DNA of 64,000 nt from assembly GCA_010093705.1 (NCBI GenBank), contig MU006102.1:314123-378122 (forward strand), given 5' to 3'. A program made the position numbers and the translations under genes. Below, one piece after another: positions 62,201 through 64,000 of the stretch. Numbering within the stretch: position 1 is the stretch's first letter; each line of letters begins with the position of its first letter. The notes beneath the pieces were generated by a model, which was not told the DNA's origin, did no database searches, and saw only the letters and a program-made list of their open reading frames with translations. The stretch is from Patellaria atrata CBS 101060 (taxonomy: Eukaryota).

Positions 62201-64000
62201 TCACGATATGAAAGAAGGTGATACTGAAGAAGTCGATGGATGTGTAGAACTAATCCTTACCAGCCAGAATGAGCGGACCTGAAACGAACCTGAAAAGCGC
62301 TCGTACGCCCCTAAATGTAGGTGTATGAGTTGATTCAAAGGTACTCACATTTAGAGACCAAGGTTAGTATGCAACCATTTTTTCACAGCTCCATATTTAC
62401 ACAAAATTGGAGGTGTGTTTGACCAGCTTTGAGTCTCTGTACGGTCGCAAGGTTCTTGAATGCCGAAGCTAATTGACCCAGGCCGGTCATTGATATCTCT
62501 ATTCCTCTTAGATTATACGAAGACGGACTCGTGAATGAAGGAATTTGCTGTTGAGGGGGACGGATATAAATAAAGGAAGAATTGGAGGAACTAACCCTCT
62601 GGGTGTATCCTAATGTCTTTCGAATCCAGTAGCTAAGCGTCTTCCCTCTGGTCTCGGGAGGTTTCTTCCAATGGTCAACGACTCGTACAACACTTTTGAT
62701 TTCAATGCGGTTAAGAGAAGAGCTTGATATATTTGAAAGTCGAGAATAACAATAATAGATCCACACATAATACAGTTCTTCGAGATTCCGATGGTAACAA
62801 GTAGATAGAGACCTTGTAGAACATAATCCGCGAATCTGAGCTGGAGGGACTTGGACGATATAATACTTGTATATTCCTCGAGCTATCACTTACTCCGCAG
62901 GATGATACCGGGGGTAAAAGAGGAAATACTACTCTGGGCAGATGTTTGAGGAAGTATAAATCTGACGTTTAGGCTTTCAAGTGAGAGACGTACAGTAGTA
63001 GACGCAAGTCTTCATGTTTAGAGACGAATTTTCTGTCTGTTAACTTACAACTCATCCGTCTTCTTCCTTTAAGGTCTCCAATTACTACAGGTCGATTAAA
63101 GACCAAGTGTTTCGAGTGCCCAATAGATCCTTGATCGGGTTTAGGTTTTAGGCAACCGCGTATCGCGGCCAAAAGGCTAGGGATCGAAGAGGCGTCTTTG
63201 ATCGCCCAAATGGCCCGGTATCCGGAGCAATGTGAGACGAATATGATCTGCAGCGTGGAGTAAGTGCGTAATCACAAACAGCTTCTCTTCAATCGGCTGT
63301 TTAATAGGGGAACAATATCAAGTTTACACCATTTTGCATAGGCGGGCTGCCATCCACTTCATGCTAACCAGATCAGAATGGGACTCAAAGACTCGCGGAA
63401 ATGCTCGGTCTGATATCTGTCGAAAGGAATGATCGTGGTCGACATTAGCGGTATGCTCAAATGAAGCCGTGCATACCGCGCTTGTCAAAGCACACCATTC
63501 TCCATACTTTCATGGTACACGAGGAATTTTCGACCCGGGCAACCGGTCAACACAACCAGAGTAAGCTATATGCACGCTGCCCTCGACAGGTCTTTCGCCA
63601 CGAGGGTATAACGATTGTTTAACGGTTTCGTGTAAGTTGAACCGTGCATATGTGGAGAACTACCGAGGAAGCACTGGTGATAGATTGCCAGCGGCGATGA
63701 GCTGACCGCTCTCGTCCATGTTGAGCGATTGCTTAATATTATACTGATATCAAAGAAGTAAATACTGTAGCCCAAACTACATCATTCGGGGAACTTTTTA
63801 ATTGATAATAAACCATCTTTAGGACATCGACTCGGTTGGCGCAATCGAATATAAATGATCAAGTAGTGCCGGTCTCTTCAGAAGTGGGAATTTTAGCCAG
63901 CCCCGCACCGATTCTTGGTCATTTTCTTTGAACCTTTGACGGGCTACTTGGACATTTTGCGGTAGACTTGAATCTCTCTTGGTAGATCTTTAGATGTTAA

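Overview
Eukaryotic DNA from a filamentous ascomycete (Pezizomycotina), judged from short GT-AG introns with CTRAC branch points and fungal orthologues. The backbone is conserved housekeeping genes: CCT8, NSE4, VPS34, FHIP/RAI16-like, BOR1, HAT1, PDA1, SFC1, ATG3, KU70, KAR3/klpA, LOA1/VPS66 and a DUF1349 gene. Accessory islands interrupt it: F-box-like genes with a decayed paralog; a divergent AtuA(DUF1446)/cytochrome P450 pair with a decayed Zn2Cys6 regulator, an inverted-repeat-bounded AT-rich insert and three CCGAGG sites; a small secreted precursor with Kex2-type KR sites; an RNase H-like pseudogene; and two duplicated single-pass membrane microprotein genes. The most notable non-coding signal is a long, structured first intron of CCT8 with a second, frame-breaking 3' splice site. 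No tRNA, rRNA or CRISPR array was seen. All calls come from reading the sequence by eye, so exon boundaries are inferred and nothing was database-checked.
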